Below, piece after piece: positions 49,202 to 51,948 of a stretch of 51,948 nucleotides of DNA; the first letter of the stretch is position 1, and the number at the start of each line of letters is the position of its first letter. The stretch covers positions 1 through 51,948 of the forward strand of contig JAAOMT010000211.1 in assembly GCA_016748015.1 (NCBI GenBank). Direction: 5' to 3'. Source of the DNA: Geosiphon pyriformis uo1. Taxonomy: Eukaryota > Fungi > Glomeromycota. The notes beneath the pieces were generated by a model that ran no database searches, had not been told where the DNA came from, and was given only the letters and a program-made list of their open reading frames with translations. The translations under genes were made by a program, and so were the position numbers.

Positions 49202-51948
49202 ACAGAAATAGCACAGCAACAACAAACTTCAAAGTGGCAACCACACCAGATACAACAACTCTAAAATATTATCAGTCAATTTACACCCATTGCAAGCAGA
49301 GATTCAACATCCCAAACAGAATTGAAATTGTTGAAAGAACACTTTACCAATACATTGAAAACCATATCAACAATTATTTTCTTAGAAATTACAACATTTC
49401 AGAAGTTAAAAGCAACCTCTACAATAATCTAGTGCACTATTTATGATTGGGAATTAAAGATCTTAACAGTGAAACACTTGCCATCTACTTTCAAGAACTC
49501 AATTACAACATTATCAAGTATTGTGAAAAAAAATACCCAGTACAGTCTAAATACTCTCTTGACTTTGAATCAAAAACAGAAACAAGCAACAAAGGCAAAC
49601 AAAAAGTGAAACAACATGCAAAAACCACTCCAAACACTCCAATACTACCAAAAACAACTGCCAAACACTTGCAAACACCTGAACAAGAAACCAGTGTCAA
49701 ATTACCACTTTCTATTACACCATTTTTAATTTTACTTGCTCGACCACAAACACCAAATTCACTACTTAACTGTTTCTCCAGACCAGAAGATTTTCAGTCA
49801 CCTAGAAATCCTACTCAACAGCAGAAACTCATATCAACAAACACCAATATTATTGAATACTTGCAGAAAAATGAAAGTGATCATTCAGTAAATTTGGAAA
49901 GTAAAGAAACTGAATCAGAACAAGAAGAAGCTACAAAAAATGAAAAAGAAATGACAACTGCTTACATTGCAAAGATTCCAGAATTCACTGGTAAAGATAA
50001 TGATAGCAGTCCTCAAGAATGGCTTGACAAAGTTCAAAAAGCAGAAGATGCAAATGATTGGAATACAGCAAGAATGCTCAAAGCAATTCCTTACTTTCTC
50101 TAAGGAACAGCAAGAGAATGGATTGAAAATTTAGAAGAACTATTTGAAAACTGGCAAGCATTCAAAGATGCTTTTCTACGACAATTTACTAACAATAATA
50201 CCTCTATTACTTTCAGGAACTGCTTTTGCAATATTAAACAAAAAACATCTGAAACTGTTATGACTTATTTTGAAAGATTCAACAAACTTCTCAGATGAAT
50301 CCAACAATTGGAAACCAATGACTACTATTCTGATGCTCAAATTCTGGATCAGTTTATAGCAGGGTTAAAAGACAAACCAATTAAAAAAGTCTGTCAACAT
50401 GCTCCAACAGACTTAACAACTGCCATTAGACATGCAAAGAATTATGAAATGGCTATGGAAGAAGTGAACTACACCAAACTTGTTAACTTGGCTATTGGAG
50501 AAACCAGCTCAACAGCTGAAAAAAAGATAGACCAACTCACAAAGAAGGTTGAAAGCTATTTTACAAACCAACAACAACAGCAGCAACAACCCCAAAAATA
50601 TCAACCACCACAATAACGCAACCAAAATAACTTTGGACCACCATCCAACAACCAACCTCAAAATTGTCACTATTGTGGAATTCCAGAACACTGGAAACGA
50701 GATTGCAGGAAACTACAAAGAGACCAACAAAACAGGAATAATCAACGTTATTCTTTACTACAACAATCTTATTACCAATCTCTACCACCAACTTATTATT
50801 CACCGAGACCACAAATTCAAAACAGCTATTATCAACCAGCTCCACAACCAATTCAACAACAATATCAGCAACCTTTACCAATTCAACAATTTTAGACACC
50901 ACTCATTCAACAATATCAAGTACCAGCAAGAAGATTGGTTTAACATAATCAATTCACACCCCAAAGTCAATTTCAGAGTAACAACAACAGAATTAATCCA
51001 AATAACCAGTTGGTTCTTCGAAATTCTGGTTAGCAAAGACCCAATCACTATCACACTCAACCCAGTTATTTTACAATACCAAAGGAATCGAATTTTCAAC
51101 AACCTGCACTTTCTAAAGGTAAAGTTGCAGCATCCAGATCAAACTTTTCTAACAACACTATTCCACCAGCTCAAATTGCCCAAAATGCCAACTTTTCAGA
51201 TATATTCCCATTCGAATTTGAAGCAAATGAATCACTATTCTTGCTTAGTAATGTAGCAGCTAATAAACAAAAAGCTATTACTGCCATATACATTGAAGCT
51301 ACAATAGAAGAAAAACCCATCTGACTAATTCTAGACAGTGGATCAGCTGGAAGTATTATCACCTACCAGTTAATACAACAGCTTCAAAGAACTGTTGACA
51401 GACTAGTCCAAACTGTAATTGTTACAGCAGATGGTATGAAAAAGACACCAGTAGGAGAAATTGACAATTTTCTATTCACCATTGATGGAATCACCATTTC
51501 AGTCAAAGTTTTAGTCATAGATGCACCCCAATACCAAGCTCTAGTCGGAAATGATTGGCTTCTTAAGGCCAATGCAAACTTAGACTGGGAAACTCAGGAA
51601 TTAAAAATCTCATACCAAGGACAATACACCATAGTACCTGCTACTTGTGATACTTTTAACAAACAATCAAAAAAAGCCCCAGTATTTGAATTTGAAGAGG
51701 AGAAAGAAATGCCACTTACTGAAACCTACATGGCTCTTGGATCAACATCCAATTGGGCTAAAGAAACAGAACAGGAGATTTTTGAAGAATCAAGAGGATG
51801 GAAGAAAGTTAGATATTCTACATCAGAACCATAGAAACAACCACACTATATTTTACTTAAATGCAAAGATTGCAACAAGAAAATTTCATCAATAGGAGCA
51901 TGTATTTTTCCAGAAGAGGAATATGAAACTCATACCTGTTACTTTTGC
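49202..51948 (+). mobile_element. Internal region of gypsy element 2 (gag, zinc knuckle, protease, start of Cys-rich insert); runs off the window
   Basis: Homologous to 47966-45700. CHYCGIPEHWKRDC; LILDSGSAGS; one frame with nonsense stops. Confidence 0.92.

Noticed and set aside
46056-51362. Alternate-frame and antisense ORFs over gag (e.g. 46652-47164, 50549-51256) and ORFs through the N gap
   Set aside because: By-products of CAA-rich low-complexity gag sequence or of untranslatable Ns.

Overview
AT-rich, intron-containing fungal DNA. The gene families (Sel1/kinase expansions, a SAM-headed Crinkler, a multi-exon 'DIPQ' membrane protein) point to a Glomeromycota-type fungus; this is an inference. 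The left 35 kb holds: a 10-exon membrane protein gene, several decayed Sel1/kinase paralogs, a frameshifted SAM-NTPase-REase Crinkler-like gene, an intact Sel1 gene, a 5S rRNA copy with an 11-nt deletion, a split-MYND gene, tRNA-Ala(AGC) and glutamine synthetase. The right 14 kb is a transposon nest. A ~9.6-kb Ty3/gypsy element (minus strand) is inserted just behind the PBS of a sister element (plus strand), whose 5' LTR in turn abuts a LINE relic. Two results stand out. (1) Repeats show genome-level C>T/G>A hypermutation in many dinucleotide contexts: the two LTRs differ almost only by transitions, and the 'featureless' AT desert at 14.7-16.3 kb decodes codon by codon into gag/protease. (2) The gypsy architecture is unusual: gag-PR-Cys-rich insert-dUTPase-RT-RNaseH in one frame, then integrase as a separate ATG-initiated ORF, then an intact third ORF running into the 3' LTR. 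All alignments and counts were done by eye.
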